From Phoronis australis (lineage: Eukaryota > Animalia > Phoronida): a DNA stretch of 64,000 nt. Within the stretch, counting starts at the first letter, position 1; each line of letters opens with the position of its first letter. The notes below the pieces were generated by a model, which saw only the letters and a program-made list of their open reading frames with translations, was not told the DNA's origin and searched no databases. The position numbers were made by a program, and so were the translations under genes. The stretch lies in contig NMRA01000448.1 in assembly GCA_002633005.1 (NCBI GenBank), positions 248,001 through 312,000 of the forward strand. Direction: 5' to 3'. This document shows positions 1 through 14,027 of this stretch, in pieces.

Positions 1-1058
1 ATATGATGTGCAATTTCTGCAAGAATTCTGGTTGTGTAGTTTTGGATGTACCGACTTTTTAACGTCACATTCAGACAAACATTAGGAGAGTATTGACCAT
101 GAATGCTGTACAAGACATGAGATTGAGAGAAAACACAGGCTCAACTGTCAAGAACATCTATGATAAAATAAGACTGGCTTTACCAAAACACTTTATTCAG
201 ACTGTCTGCTTCGACGAAGACAGGACAGTGCTGCTGAAATCTTTACCTCTGTGTTATAGTTTTGGGACTTAGTCGACACTGACATTTCTAGTATGAACAT
301 CATATTCTTTTTTTTGAGTAATATACTTTCCGCATGCTTTTTCAAACACTTCTGTATTAACTTCCATTTAAAGTTATTGCACAAATGAATGGTCTCTCCC
401 GTGTTCGGTCATTTTTTTGGACAAATGTGGACCACCAACCGATTTAAATTTAAATCAACTTAAAATCTTCATCATCACTGCAAACAGGGAGGGGGTATTG
501 TACACATAACCACCACTAGCACTAACAACGTGTAGGTAAATGTACTTGCGGATCACTGCATTTGATCTATAAATATGAAGCTGGTATGAAATTACAAGCA
601 GCCGCTATAAATAGTGACCTGGATTAACAAGGTAATTTGGCCGAGTCTCCATAGCAACCAAAACCAAAATACAGGTAACTACACAAAAGTAAGACCACAT
701 GTTTCTACTGAGGAATAACCAACATAGTACATAATGCATTCTCCAAGGTCAACAGACATCAGGAAAGAATAGATTACCATGAAGAATGTAAGGAACTTTC
801 TTTAATAACCAAATTTAAACAACATGATATAACGTCCATTTCCCCTCCAAGGTAAATCCTAGGGAATAGGTGGACCAACACAAGCCATTAAGTCCATCAC
901 AGGCGCTATCTTACTTCCAGTAGTTAACTGACATTAAAGTTACTACTAGGTGATACTTCATGGTAGTAAAATTTTCATTAGGTCATGCTAAAGATGCTTA
1001 CCATATTACAATATGGATATCTGAATGAAATATTTGCAGAAGAGCACAACCCACGTAT

Positions 1059-1109
1059 TGTGTGTGTGCGTGTGTGCATGTGTGCGTGTGTGCGTGTGTG
1101 TGTGTGTGC
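1059..1109. repeat. (GT)n/(GTGC) compound microsatellite
   Basis: tgtgtgtgtgcgtgtgtgcatgtgtgcgtgtg... seen directly. Confidence 0.95.
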
Positions 1110-2132
1110 AGGTGGTATATACATAGGTAACCAGCTTCTAATGTCGAAAGCAAACAGTCAAGTTTGTTACACACAAGGTTCAGCCATCATTCAGCATAAA
1201 TCAATTAGAACTAAAGCAGCTAAAAAAGTGAAGCCAGGTGCATGTCTAGATGTGCAGGTTACCTGCAATAAATAGAGTCAGAGACAGTGAAATAAAAGGC
1301 ACAGGATATAAGCCTAAAAGGGGTATCGCTAAAGTTTGGTTTCAATGTGGACTATGAAATTTAGTAAAATAAATAGGAAAAAGCAATGTTTTGGAAAGGT
1401 ACACTTAGAGGAAAACAACAGTATTACTAAATGACCGTTTCAAAATAAGTTATAACTTTATATGAATGCAGCAATACAGTTTAATTAGATTCTTTAAGTT
1501 ATTGTGCACTTACCAACATGAAAGTTGAAACTAGAATTGGTCTAGTTCGTAAAGTGCATTTATGATGGACAGCTCCGGTTTGGGTAACTTGTAAGCAATC
1601 TGCCTTCACAATCTGTTTTAAGCATCATTAGTTTATAACTTCCAATGGTATTTCTTTTTGATAAATGTTTTCAGATTATTTTAGCTAAGTTTACTGTATC
1701 ATTTGTTATATTTTATTTAAATATTACACATTTGAATAGTACCTTACCCTCCTTGTCTGTACCAAAAGACTTAAATATTTTGCAATAATGCAACTGATCA
1801 ACTTTTAAATATTGGTGACGCAAATCAACACGATGGAATTCCTATCTGCTCAGTCACAAAAATGGATACCCACTTGAAAATTGGGGGTATTTTGGACGCA
1901 AAATCCTGGATAAAGACCTAAGGTTGGGCAAGTTGAACTTGGAAATGAAGTAGGCTCAGGGAAAAGTAATTCCATATCAGTTATGCGGTTGAACAACTTA
2001 GTTCATACCAGCACTTTACTCTTACGATACATGCTCAGGGTGACCTTTCTCGTTCCTGACTTCATACTGGTGGCATAATTATCAGGTGGTTGCTCAGCTG
2101 ATCAGGAGCAGCAGAGACTCATTGAAGATTTG

Positions 2133-2210
2133 AATATTGGGGGTCCAAATATTGGAGGTCCAAATATAGGGGGTCCAAATATTGGGGGTCCAAATATTGG
2201 GGGTTCAAAT
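2133..2210. repeat. Minisatellite, ~5 x 15 bp (AATATTGGGGGTCCA)
   Basis: Five near-identical tandem units read directly. Confidence 0.92.
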
Positions 2211-5200
2211 TTGCTGCCAGACTAATACTTGCCATATGTAAGTATTTCATATGAGGTCACCCTGAGGTCACAGGAGAGGGAGATATTCCCTAAAAAAACA
2301 CAGCCGCTAGCATTTCTACATTGCCAGTGTGACATTTAAGGTAAAAATAGTCTGAATATTTAATGAACTAACTAATTGTAGGTTTCAATAAAAATTGATA
2401 AGTAATATTAAAATTCTTTGTTGAGGCATTGTTTTGCCGAGGTTGTCTTTTTTATCTCTTGCTCATACCATCCAAATCGCCATTTTATAAAAACTGGCCT
2501 TCCCACTGACGGCAGCTAGATGAGTCCCTGGGGAGCACCCCCTAGGATAACTTTAGCACCGTTTTAGACACAATGAGTTTATTATCCGTAATTAAACAGA
2601 CAGTGAACAGTAGCCGGCAAAGAACAATCAAAAACAACTCCGTCCAGTACAACGTTATCAAATATTCATGTGACTTGGCAAATAGGTAACTCAATTTCAG
2701 CTCCTGTTAATATTTAAACACCAGTTCACATACAGAAACTGTTAGGTCACTTTTGTTATTCAAAAGGCTGTTTATTGTTACATTTATAACAATCTAAGGA
2801 GAGTTGCTAGCATCCTTAATTATGGAGAAATATCCCCATCTTGATCGAAAGACAGCTGCTTTGAAAATGTTATACAAGTATCACTTCAAAACCTATTAGA
2901 AGAAAGTGCAGTATGACAATGGTTTTATACCTTAGTAATAAAAGATCTAAAAAGTCAAAACAGATGCTCATTTGATAAAAAACATGACACAGGAATGGTT
3001 ACATGGCAGTGTCGTTGTATGTACATTAAATGGTACTGTCAGAAAACTATCCGGTTAAGAATAAAATGTTTTATTTTACAACTTAACGCTGCAAAAAAGT
3101 CCCCACGTGTACTTACTGTAGAGATAAACTTTCAGTTAACATCTTTACTCCTGCTACTTTGTAGCAATCATCCAGGTTGGGCAGTTTCTAAAATTCGGGT
3201 TATCAAAATTCTAGCGGAAATTGAATTATCTTTCATCTAGCAAGATTGGAATGTGGGCAATGTTGGTATATATTTCGCAAATATAGGATACTGCATTTTG
3301 TATGTACTGAGTCTGAAAGTAGACTTGGTAGTTTATAAAATCGTAGGAATTATCCGCTCACTCAATGCATTCATGGGTCCCCATAGTGTGTGAAATCAGG
3401 ACGAATGATTGTTTGTTTTACTTGCCATAGGTTCTCTTCAAAAGGAAAACACTGGATGAGAAAAATAGGCACATTCTCTTTCGACCAATCACCAGTCGTG
3501 TAACATACTGCATTAGCAGACAAAGGAAGCACTTTAAAATGTCCCCCCACAAAAACTGAATCAACAAAGAACAGAAATTATCAATGTGGTCCTAAATTAG
3601 CCCATAGTTTGGAAGCTATATGAGTCGACTGACCCATAACCACAATCAGGGCTTTATCCAGGATTTCAAAAATATGGTGTCCAAAATGGGGTCCCAATAA
3701 TCCAGGGCGTCCATGATTCCAACGACTTGTAACCCCCCCCCACCATTCACCAGCAACCCCCCCCCACACAGTCANAGTCATTTTTTTACAAAAAAAATAT
3801 GTAGACCAACGTTTTTATATCTAAGTTTACAAAAACAACCCTCTGTAGTGAGCTTTTTATACTCAAAAAAAAATGTGTGGACCAAGATTTTACACATAAA
3901 TTTACGAGTAGCTCTGACCAAACAAATATAAGCGACATTGGTTGAATGATGAGTGCAGTATGTTTTTGGTGATCTCAAGTCAAATTGATGTTATAAAGTT
4001 TATTATATCTTAACTAGCTTTAATATTCTGTAAAAGGAGTTGTCAGAACAAGAAAAATGCACATACGTGTGGTTCATATTTTGGCAACAGGTGTCACTGC
4101 AGTTCCATATTAAAACCTTAAAACGCGCAATGAAAAGCATGAAACAGGCACAAACTCAAAATTTTCAAATAGCACATTCTTGTGGCACAATACAGTATTA
4201 AAATAATGACATTTAGTTCACTTTTGATGTTTTTAAAAAGAGACGAAAATCTTGAAATTACAGCTCTGAACCACCAGTTTGGAGTAACGTTAAGGTATGA
4301 CCCCCATCACATAAAGTAATGAACTATCGAGAGAAGACCACTGGGAGCAGTAGTGGAAGAAACTTCGAAAATCAAACATGTGCTAACGCCTCACTGGTTC
4401 CCTGCGTGCCGTTAGGTGGAAATTTTTTACGCCGCTGTTTTTGATTGGCTGGTCAAATTCTCAACAGGCAGCGCTCTACGCAAACAAACTGGCATGACTG
4501 ATGGAGGAAGTGTAACTGTGGTCTGTTGTACAGACAAATCGGCACTTAAAATTCATGTTTAAGAAATGTGTACCCCAGAAAATTGTGGTTGCGTCTTTTC
4601 GGAGTGCATCTTCCTAGTGTCGCTGACTTTTGTTTACGCTGCTGTCCTGTATCATACAGTATGAATAACCCACTAATTGAATCAGCCAGATGACGGGGTG
4701 TTTACTGTACATGTATGTGTTTCAAGCATTAGGCCTACAACAGAAACGAAATTAAGTTGCTGCTACGCCACGTGCATGACATTAGGCTAAATATCGTTCA
4801 TAGTCCACCATTTTCTCACTTTGTTATAAAGCTAACCAATGAGTGCCGAGATTACATCAACCAATGATAAACCGTGTGCTACCACCTAGCAGCGCAGGTG
4901 CTAGAAAGGTGTTGGATACTCAATGCTTTCATTCTAGTTTGAACATGGTCATATTGAATATATATTGTATGTCCACTGTTCATACATTGTATATTTCTTC
5001 CCCAGCTGAAAAAAGAGCCACAACTGTTCTCTTCTCTCTTCAGCTATGTCTCCCTTTCATTAAACAGGCTTCCTGGTAATCATTACAATACGAGTGCCAA
5101 AACTTGAAAGGTTCTGATTGACAATGAGCCTCCAAATGATACATACGGCAAGGATATCTCCAGTTTAGTGGTAGGGCATCCAAGACATACCCTGCATAAA

Positions 5201-7646
5201 GGCTTGGCCACAACACAACAGTCCATAAACAACTCAACCAGCATCAATAGAGTAATTAATCACATGAAATTAACTGAGCTCAATCAATGTAGTCAGGTTT
5301 CAGCTAATACACCAGAATGTTCTATTTTTAGGAGATTACTCCAATAAGTCTTCTTCAGGTTGGATAAACTGCTTAATATTATAGAGATAATAGGGCAGGT
5401 CTAAAAGTAACAGTAATTAGGATTGTGGATAAACACACTATAGTTAAGCAATTTAAACCATCATGTGGTGTCCGTGTCATCTTTATCTCTGCAGCATACT
5501 CACTCATCAAACTGCACTTGATAGCTTCAGTGTCAACTACTCTACCCTTTACTAGATTTGTGGATAACTAGCAGCAAACATTCAGGTGCTTTTATTTGCT
5601 ACATTGAAACAAACTGGACAAAGGATGACAGCAAAGATCTGAGAATCAACCTTCAAGCTCCTACCAGCCCTTAGTGAGCCCAGCAAACCACACAAAGGTC
5701 ATGTCATAGCTAGCTGACAAGGGAAGATCATTAGGATGTCATTCATAGACCTGTAGCCTCTTTAGCACACTTTTAGGTTTTAATGCAACTATAAAATCTC
5801 CTTCCATCAAAGAAATAAACTTTTGGTTTAGAACACTTAAGGTTCTCCATATTGGTTACTCTTGTTCAGTACTCAGACAAGAGGCGATTTCTGGGCATGG
5901 GACCTTAGGCTCAGACCTGACAAGCAAAGTTGTCAAGGTTGGTCTCTGTCCTGGGTAGCACTACCATGGAAGAGGTATACAAAATGTACTGCTGAGAAAG
6001 GCGATTTTTCTGGAAGATTGCTGTGGATGGTGTAACTTTAGGACTTCAGAACCCTACGTCAGTTTCCTTTTCCCAAATACATAAATCTACAGATGTTAGC
6101 TGTATTCAAAAACAAAATCTTAATTACAAATGATGAACTCATATTTGCCAAAATAGTATATCTGCTTATGGTGTTTAAGGCTTACTAGGTTAAAAATTCA
6201 GCTGGCCCATGAATCCCTTTGGAAGGATCAGGTTCATGGAATCAACCCCAACAAAAGGTGTTTTTGGAACAAAACTCTCCATAAACGTGACTGAGTATCT
6301 AGTGGCAGCTGCCTCCAAATGGGTCCCCACTCTCTAAATGGCTAAGAACCATAGTCTAATTTTCTCTCCCTCCCGTAAAAACTTGTCAAGAGCCCCACTC
6401 CCTTCCCAATCCACGAAAGACAGTTATATTGTTGAACATCGTCAAAATCTGTATTTTTTATTATTACTGTGGCTGAAAATCAGAATCATCAACAAATACC
6501 TTTACCAACTACACGAGCAAGTTTACCTTGAATAATCATCGCAAAAATTGCACCTCGGAACATCTAAAAAGAATTCAAATGTCCAAACTTGCTATTAGCT
6601 AGAACATATACTCAATAAGTAGCTAGTGGTTAAGTAAGGGCTGGTAAAGTGACCCATTAAATAAGTCTGAGGATGAAGGCTACATGCACTTTTGATAGTG
6701 CAAGGGTGTCCTCTTTCAAATAGTTGGAAACGACAAGACGTCCCACATTTTCAACATCCAGACCACTGCAATATCTGGCGATTGGCGAAAATAAGTATGT
6801 CAGAAACAACATCAACTGGTGAGAAATCTATTCTGACCGAGACACTCGCACGACTGAACACTTAACCCCGTAACTCAGAAATGATACGTGAGAAATCGAA
6901 ATACCCACTGGAATTAGATGCTAATGTCTTTACCAATCCTTAAAATGACAGAACCCCCCCTCCCCCAGTCTCGTAATTAGCTCAATGTGAACAGACCAAT
7001 GCATATCAGTGCCCACACGATCCGCCTACCAACCTTCCAGGAATGCTAAAAGATTGGGCTAGAGAAGTCAATGACCAAGAATCAGTAGATACTACAAAGG
7101 CACCAAACTGACTAAAGGCTGCGTTGCTACCGTGGAGACAATGTAGTGAAAAGCACCTAGCTGTATTGACAATATTAAGCAACTGTCTGGTGTGCTTAGC
7201 TCTGTATTCCAGGAGACAGACTGGAGGTAAATTTTCAAAACTGGATTAAGGAAACACTTTGCAAATCAATAAGGAGATCTGCTGTCTCAGGTGAGATGCA
7301 TCCACATTTCAGAATCAGATATAAGTGCCGTCCACACAGATTTACCCTAGAACAAGATACTCCTGAAACGAGCTGTCGCTAGGTTTCGAGGCTGTGTGGA
7401 CGCTGTTAAAACTAGTGCAACTTAACCCACTTAGGACAACTTACTCCACCTTATTGTAGTAGGGTAATTTGTTCTATGGTAATTTGCTCTACTTCTATTC
7501 ACTGCGTTTCCGCAAACCTGGGGCAAGGGGGGAGTATTTATCAGTTGCGGTTACATACAGAAGGGTCTTCTTTTGCGTGCGGTATTCGCATCAGCTGTTC
7601 ATGTCATACACAGAGTGACATCTTCTGCCTTAACCTAGTCATTGGA

Positions 7647-7969
7647 TGTGTATGTGTGTGTGTCTGTGTGNNNNNNNNNNNNNNNNNNNNNNNNNNNNNN
7701 NNNNNNNNNNNNNNNNNNNNNNNNNNNNNNNNNNNNNNNNNNNNNNNNNNNNNNNNNNNNNNNNNNNNNNNNNNNNNNNNNNNNNNNNNNNNNNNNNNNN
7801 NNNNNNNNNNNNNNNNNNNNNNNNNNNNNNNNNNNNNNNNNNNNNNNNNNNNNNNNNNNNNNNNNNNNNNNNNNNNNNNNNNNNNNNNNNNNNNNNNNNN
7901 NNNNNNNNNNNNNNNNNNNNNNNNNNNNNNNNNNNNNNNNNNNNNNNNNNNNNNNNNGTATGTGTGTGG
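7647..7969. other. Assembly gap (N 7671-7957) flanked by (GT)n microsatellite
   Basis: Run of N with GT repeats on both sides. Confidence 0.97.
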
Positions 7970-8949
7970 ACACTCTACTTAAAAGTGGGGCAAGTTGTAC
8001 TTGTGCAAGTTGTTCTAGGTTCTAGGGTAGGCTGTGTGTGAACGGGACTATAAACAAGGTGCAATGCATTTAACACTCCCTTAACCAGGTGATAATAAAT
8101 TAAGTCCTACAGTTAGAAACTTACAACTTTAAAGACAACAGCAGTTTACATGCATGGACCACAGAACCTCTGTTATTGGACTAAAAACTTGATTGGTCCC
8201 CGTTTCGTTAGGAAAAACAATGTTACAATCCACAAAAAAGTAAAAAGAACAATTCAAAATGCACGCAGCCTCTGTGACTACTGCCATTCCATTTCCTTTC
8301 TGAATTTTGAACATAACATCAGTCGTAAGACATTAGTAAAATAAGCAGACGTCTTTCAACCTGTAGTCATGGTAACCTATTGTTTGTATTCTATTGTGCA
8401 TTGTGGATTTCCTACCTGAACATTCCATGTAATATCTGTACTCGCATGCTTTACATGGTCAATAAAGTGAAACATTTCATTCTACACCTGCTAATTAAGG
8501 TTGCTCTCAAACCTTATTTAGTAGTGTCCATGCTAACTTGTAAATCAAAAAATAGTCTTTGGCAGTGCGGTTGCGTAGTGGTTCTGCTAAATCTTTTTTC
8601 TCGTTACAGGGTATATATATTTCAAATTTGAAGTTTCACGCGAAAGAAGATAAGGTATTTGCTAGACATGTGAAATATTGTAAAATGACAACATTTTATG
8701 AATACGGCTTGAGATATCCTTTATGATCACAATTGTCTTAGTAAACACAGCAAGCTTCCACTTTTAAACATTCATGTTTGGATTAAAGCCAACACCAATT
8801 CAAACGGTTAAGAATTCATATTTCACTGAAAATATACTCATGTACATTTTAGCACCAAAAGGTACAAAACTTGTTTACCTTTGAGTAATAGAAAGTCAGT
8901 TTCATCAGCACCTTGCCTTAATCAGGTGGGAAAATACTGTACTTTCCTA

Positions 8950-9345
8950 AAAATAGGTCATTTGGCGTACGTTGAAATATGGCTAGTGATTTAGTAGAGG
9001 CATCATCAGAGTAAAGTATTCTCATGAGACCGAAGGTTGAGTGAAAATATATCACTCCTATCATGCCGAGACCAAATAACTACCCATAATTCAATACAAG
9101 TCGTATATATTAACCTTTTTATACCACCCATTTTGGCATTTTTCATCGTGTTTCTTTGCCTGAACTAGATTTCTTTCACACATAGGAATACACATCAGGA
9201 AACGTTCATCCACATAAACTATCTAGGTAGAAGGAAAACAACAGAGCAGAATTGGTCGATAAACTTTAATTTCTCAAGTTTCAAACCAGCAGATAAAGAT
9301 AAGAACAAGGTAAACACACTTTTAATACTCCTCAAACTGTTTTTG
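8950..9345 (+). mobile_element. Dispersed non-autonomous repeat with internal hairpin (possibly Crypton-type), copy 1
   Basis: Aligns by eye in inverted orientation to 17165-17530 (shared GACCGAAGGTTGAGTGAAAATATATCACTC.TATCATGCCGAGA and CATTTTGGCATTTT). The family assignment is tentative. Confidence 0.7.
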
Positions 9346-12049
9346 ACAACTATGGAACTGTGGGTGTTTACCCCCAACCCACTGTGCCAGTACACGCACA
9401 CTCGTGACAAAATTATTTTTAAACGCCCATGGTCGACTTAACCACCAACCCCGATTAATGGAGTTCGCTGATTTAAGCGCCCAGAGAGTTAATCCATAGG
9501 AGTACAGTGAGTATAATAAAGTTCATCGGCATCAGGATTATTTATACATAATTCTTATTAAAAGATACGAACTGAATATTTAGAACCTGGCTTGCATTCT
9601 GCGACTGAAACGAAGACACAAGACCAGTCTTAACGAGATATCACCATCCATTACAAGCGAAGCACGTGGTTACGTTAGCTTTTCTTACGTCTATGGAATG
9701 GTGCCCTGTACAGATTCACATTTCTATATGTCTTAAAAAAATCGGCAGATGTTACATAGTGTACCAGCAGTAATTCAGAAACAAACTTTAAAAATTTCCA
9801 TCTTGAAATAAGTGAAGTCAAGTTAAAAAATATGCTCTTTTATGAAATTGGTTTGCATTACGATAAAAAATATCTGCTACTTTTCATTTTCAAAAGCTTC
9901 TAAAATTACTGAATAGATTCTATTGACTGGTAGGGTACATAAGTAATAACTTTCTGTCACGTCCAAAAATTTGAAAATACAATGAGAGTTTCGCAGAATG
10001 TCATCTGAGCATGTTCTTGATAACAACCACATTACAGATTGAGATAACACAAAAATTAGAGACTCAGGCTAATGTTAAAAAACCTGCAATAAAAGAAGTG
10101 ATTGTTATCAGAAAACTGTGTCCAATATGAATAGAGATGTGGGAAAATTCAGGCTATGTCACTACTACGCTCTAAGTGATAGACACTAATACCTCATCCA
10201 CACCGCAACAGGACGAGCCATCTTGTCGAATTTATTGTGATCAATCCAGACGACATTTTTGACAGTGTTAGTATTGCTTCCAAAATTGCTGTGAATGCCC
10301 ACAATTTTTAAAAATATTGTCTGACAATAGCTACGGAACAGAGCTTGAAAATTGCAAAATGTCTGTTGCTTATTACCCCTAGTCAAAACTGATACGAGAA
10401 AATTCATTCTGTGATATTATTATTGGCACAAAAACCAGTCCACTGCATTGAGTGTCTAGCACGCCTGCACAAATGGACCTTTTTATTAAATCTAGTTTAG
10501 TAAAATACAAACAATTAGTAAAGTCAATAACTCGAGTGACCTTTATACACCCCCAGAAGTAACAACAGGGTAACAATATGCTTGCAGCAATCCCTCTAAT
10601 AAATGGACTGTTAAGAATAACCTAAAAGGCCATTCGCCTAATAGAGGAAGACATAAGCACCACTCTGGCTGACGGCAAGACCAGCTCCATATAGTTCTTA
10701 CTCATGCACTACAACTCACTGGGGGAAATGGGGAAGCGGCTTAAAACTGTAAGCACACAACGCAAATGGTTTTTACTGATATGAGAAGGGGATGAACAAC
10801 AGTCCAAGTCAACTATTGACTAGAATGGACACCAAGTGAACAGTGGCAATAATCACAATCACAATCACATGGAAATGAGTCTCCTGGGATACACTGCTAT
10901 TTTAAGGTACTTTCGTTTTTCAATTTTTCCAAAAATCCACGAAGTGTTTGAACATCGTGTTTTCCAACATTTTTTGTAAATCAACATCAAATATTCAGAC
11001 TTACAAGTTTACACTTTTTTAAAGAAGAACATTCGATCTGAATTACTTTGCGCCATCACGTATATGTGGAATTAAGTGTGAAAGGGTCACGGAAGTCAAT
11101 AACCCCCTTTTAAGTGCCGCACTAAAAAGGTTAACACAAGTTCATGGTCAAGACCAACCAGAAACTGCACACAGCAATTGATGTTAGCATGCACAGCTGC
11201 AATTTCCAACCTCGATAATTCCCTATATTGCCTGTATCTCTCACTTCACTTTATGGATGTTACCTGAGCTGAATGTTGGCACTTGTTGTCCTAAATTGTT
11301 GTAAATATGATCCTGATGATGTCTAATGATAAAGACCAAACGTTGAATTGAACATGAATTTTTTATCTGTGCGGCAGTGACGTCCGGTTTTTAATCTTAC
11401 TGTGGCCAAAAACTGATTTAATTAACCTTGAAAATCTTTGGAACTTTGACATAATTTCAAGAAGACATGTAGATTTTACTGTGTGCACATAAAGAAACTT
11501 ACCACCTTTGTAATAACATCAGTTTCATGACATATCTGTAAGGACACAGTGAAATGCAAACATTTTATGAATTGCATGATCACTCAGGTGTCCATATTAA
11601 CAGGCTTTCTCTGCCAATGCAAGCACTTGTCACCATATAAATGTTCATATCTCAGAAAGGTAAGTGACACTAAAATAATTATTACGTCCCAAAATGGAGT
11701 CAAAGTGAGGAGACCCTATCCATCCTGTATATTTATTTACCAAAGTCACAAAACATCACAAATATAAGCGGGAATGCTGCTTCATAAAAACCCACAAGTA
11801 CCTGGTCTGTCATGGCGATATTAAGAATTTAACCTGCTCAGGACATACAAAATTTCCTGCAAAAGAAAATAATTACCGTATTCGCCCAGTGCCCAGGGTG
11901 CTTGGAAAAATTGGTGCTTATTATAGCCTAAACCAGTTGAAACCTGGTCTCCGAAACAGGCGAAATCTTAAGCTAGAATTCATCAAATTTACGCTCTGTG
12001 ACGTATCTGTAACCTATGACAGACTTTCTACAAAGTTGTGGTGCATTGA

Positions 12050-12280
12050 TGGGCTGTAAAATGCAACAATTTCCTAAAATGTAACAACTGTTACATTTTA
12101 GGTCACTGTTAAATTTTAGTAGCTAGGCCTCTCCTAAAATGTAACAAGATGTTACATTTTATGTAATTGTTACAATTTACGAATGCACATGCCCTTGCGA
12201 GAAATGTGCCACTGTTTACATTTTACAAAAAGAGATGTCATATTTCATGAGTTTGCATGGTAATTGTCACACGGAGGAAA
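12050..12280 (+). repeat. Repeat family built of inverted TAAAATGTAACA/TGTTACATTTTA motifs (also 17620-17722 and inverted at 19505-19700)
   Basis: Multiple direct and inverted copies of the 12-mer. The reverse complement of 19505-19700 aligns through to TGTCAC..GAGGAA. Confidence 0.8.
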
Positions 12281-12923
12281 GCGGTTCACACACTTATTGC
12301 TTTCGTTCTCGGATTGTTTGAATGAAAGTCTATCAAGTGTGCCACCTCCAATTTATAGACGTGTCCCTAGTTTTCTCTCAATCTTTTGTTGACGCTCACA
12401 GGTCATACACCAATTGTGTAGCCAGCATTACAGTATGTCTGAACACACTTCCCGTGGTAAGCTCAACACAAACAATGACATCGTAATTCGCTAATGCTTA
12501 TCGTATTTCTTCGGGAACAAACGACAATAACAAAACCTTTTTCTCGGAGAATTCAATTTTGGAAGCCAATATGATAGAAAAAACACCCGTTTTAGTCCAC
12601 GTTCTGGTAGAAGGAAAGAAACACATGCATTTATTTGCGGGCAAGTCGACAGATTTTACCAGTGCAACAGTAAAATTTTGCCTTTGAGAAGAACGAGCCA
12701 ATGGTTTAAAAAAATGGCAGCATAGTAACGTGTTTTAAACAGCTTAAAAAATATCCTTGCTCCTACGATGACAAACCTGTCTCAAATAGTGGGGGTAACA
12801 ACAGATCAAACCGTGATGCGTATACGTAAAAATGGGAGGCCTAGCTGAGAAAATAGAAAATATTTTGGCACTCTGAAAGGGCATGATCATTTTCCTCAAA
12901 CCGGGTTTAACTTGATAGTTTAA

Positions 12924-14027
12924 CTCTTTCACCTTCAAGTAACTGTCGGCCATTGTGTCCCTGAACCCCAAGTAACTTAGTACACATGGGCTGAACTGAG
13001 GTGCTTGTTTTCAAAATTCCATAAACAATCCATTTATCATTGAATTTCAAAGTGTAATACACCAAAATGTAGAGAACAGAATGAACTTTATCTACAAATT
13101 CACCAAAATTAAAAAATCCCACTCTCTCATGTGATGCAGGTAAGTAACACCTGAAATGCCGGTGTTTGTTTGCCAATTTGCCAATTCAATGTATCGTTTA
13201 AAGAATAAAAATGATTTATGAGTAACAGTGTCGTGAATATTCTTCAGTAAAATTTCTTAAGATACGTTTTTGATCACATTTCACATCTTCTATTTACATT
13301 TGAAGTCCATAAAGTGACTTAAATTAGGCGATCGTTAAGTTCAAAGATTCAAATTTGTCCACTTCCGGTTGTGACTCGCGCTTCCTTTGGGCGTTCAAAT
13401 TAATTACCCTGACAATTTCACCGAATATTTCATCAATATAGAAATTTTTAAAGTACTCAACTTGCTTATCGTAACCATCGTAAACTCTAGAAGACTCCAC
13501 ATGTTCAGAAAATTTGCGAAGATGTCGGAGTTCAACGGCGTTTGTTTGACCCAATTGCGAAATTCGCGACCTGCAAAGTTTTCCTCCGGTTCAAAGCCAT
13601 GTAATTCAACTTCTTTGTCGTAATAGTCAACAAAATCTGGCCAGATTTATAAGAATTCCTTTTTGGGTTATCTTGTATATTAATTAAGTAAAAAGTATAC
13701 AAATTATTGCCAATTTCGTCATTTGAAAAGTCTACGTCTGAATCGCCGTCGGCCGACATTTTGTTTTCGCGAGTCATCGATCTAAATTCTTGGAAAACCC
13801 CTTCAATAACTCACGTTACCTCTCAGCAACGAATCAGAAAAGCTGTTAGAAATGAAGGTAAGGCTATATTTAAATTTGTGACGTACACAAAAGAATTCCC
13901 CTAATCAACCAATCAAATATTCTGTTGCTTGGAAGTTCGGCATATCGTGAGACCAATAAAGCGGTCCACGGTGTTGAATGGAGGTAAGTTTCAGAGACCG
14001 CTTAAGCGGTCTGCGGTGTTGAAAGGG
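12924..14027. mobile_element. piggyBac-like non-autonomous/decayed element with TTAA target duplication
   Basis: TTAA|CTCTTTCACC at 12920-12933 and GGTGTTGAAAGGG|TTAA at 14015-14031. It carries a duplicated subterminal motif and the palindrome AGACCGCTTAAGCGGTCT. A short acidic ORF start (MSADGDSDVDFSNDE) lies on the minus strand. Confidence 0.6.

Noticed and set aside
218-242. REST/NRSE half-sites (GGACAGTGC, GCTGAA); similar partial matches near 8903 and 48882
   Set aside because: None has the canonical TTCAGCACCnnGGACAG arrangement.
7476-8041. Long ORFs spanning 7671-7957
   Set aside because: Artefacts of translating the N gap and the GT repeat.
11625-11640. TATGGTGAC (YGD) on the minus strand as KCND exon 2
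   Set aside because: It continues KC rather than MVP, has no AG acceptor and no S6 follows.
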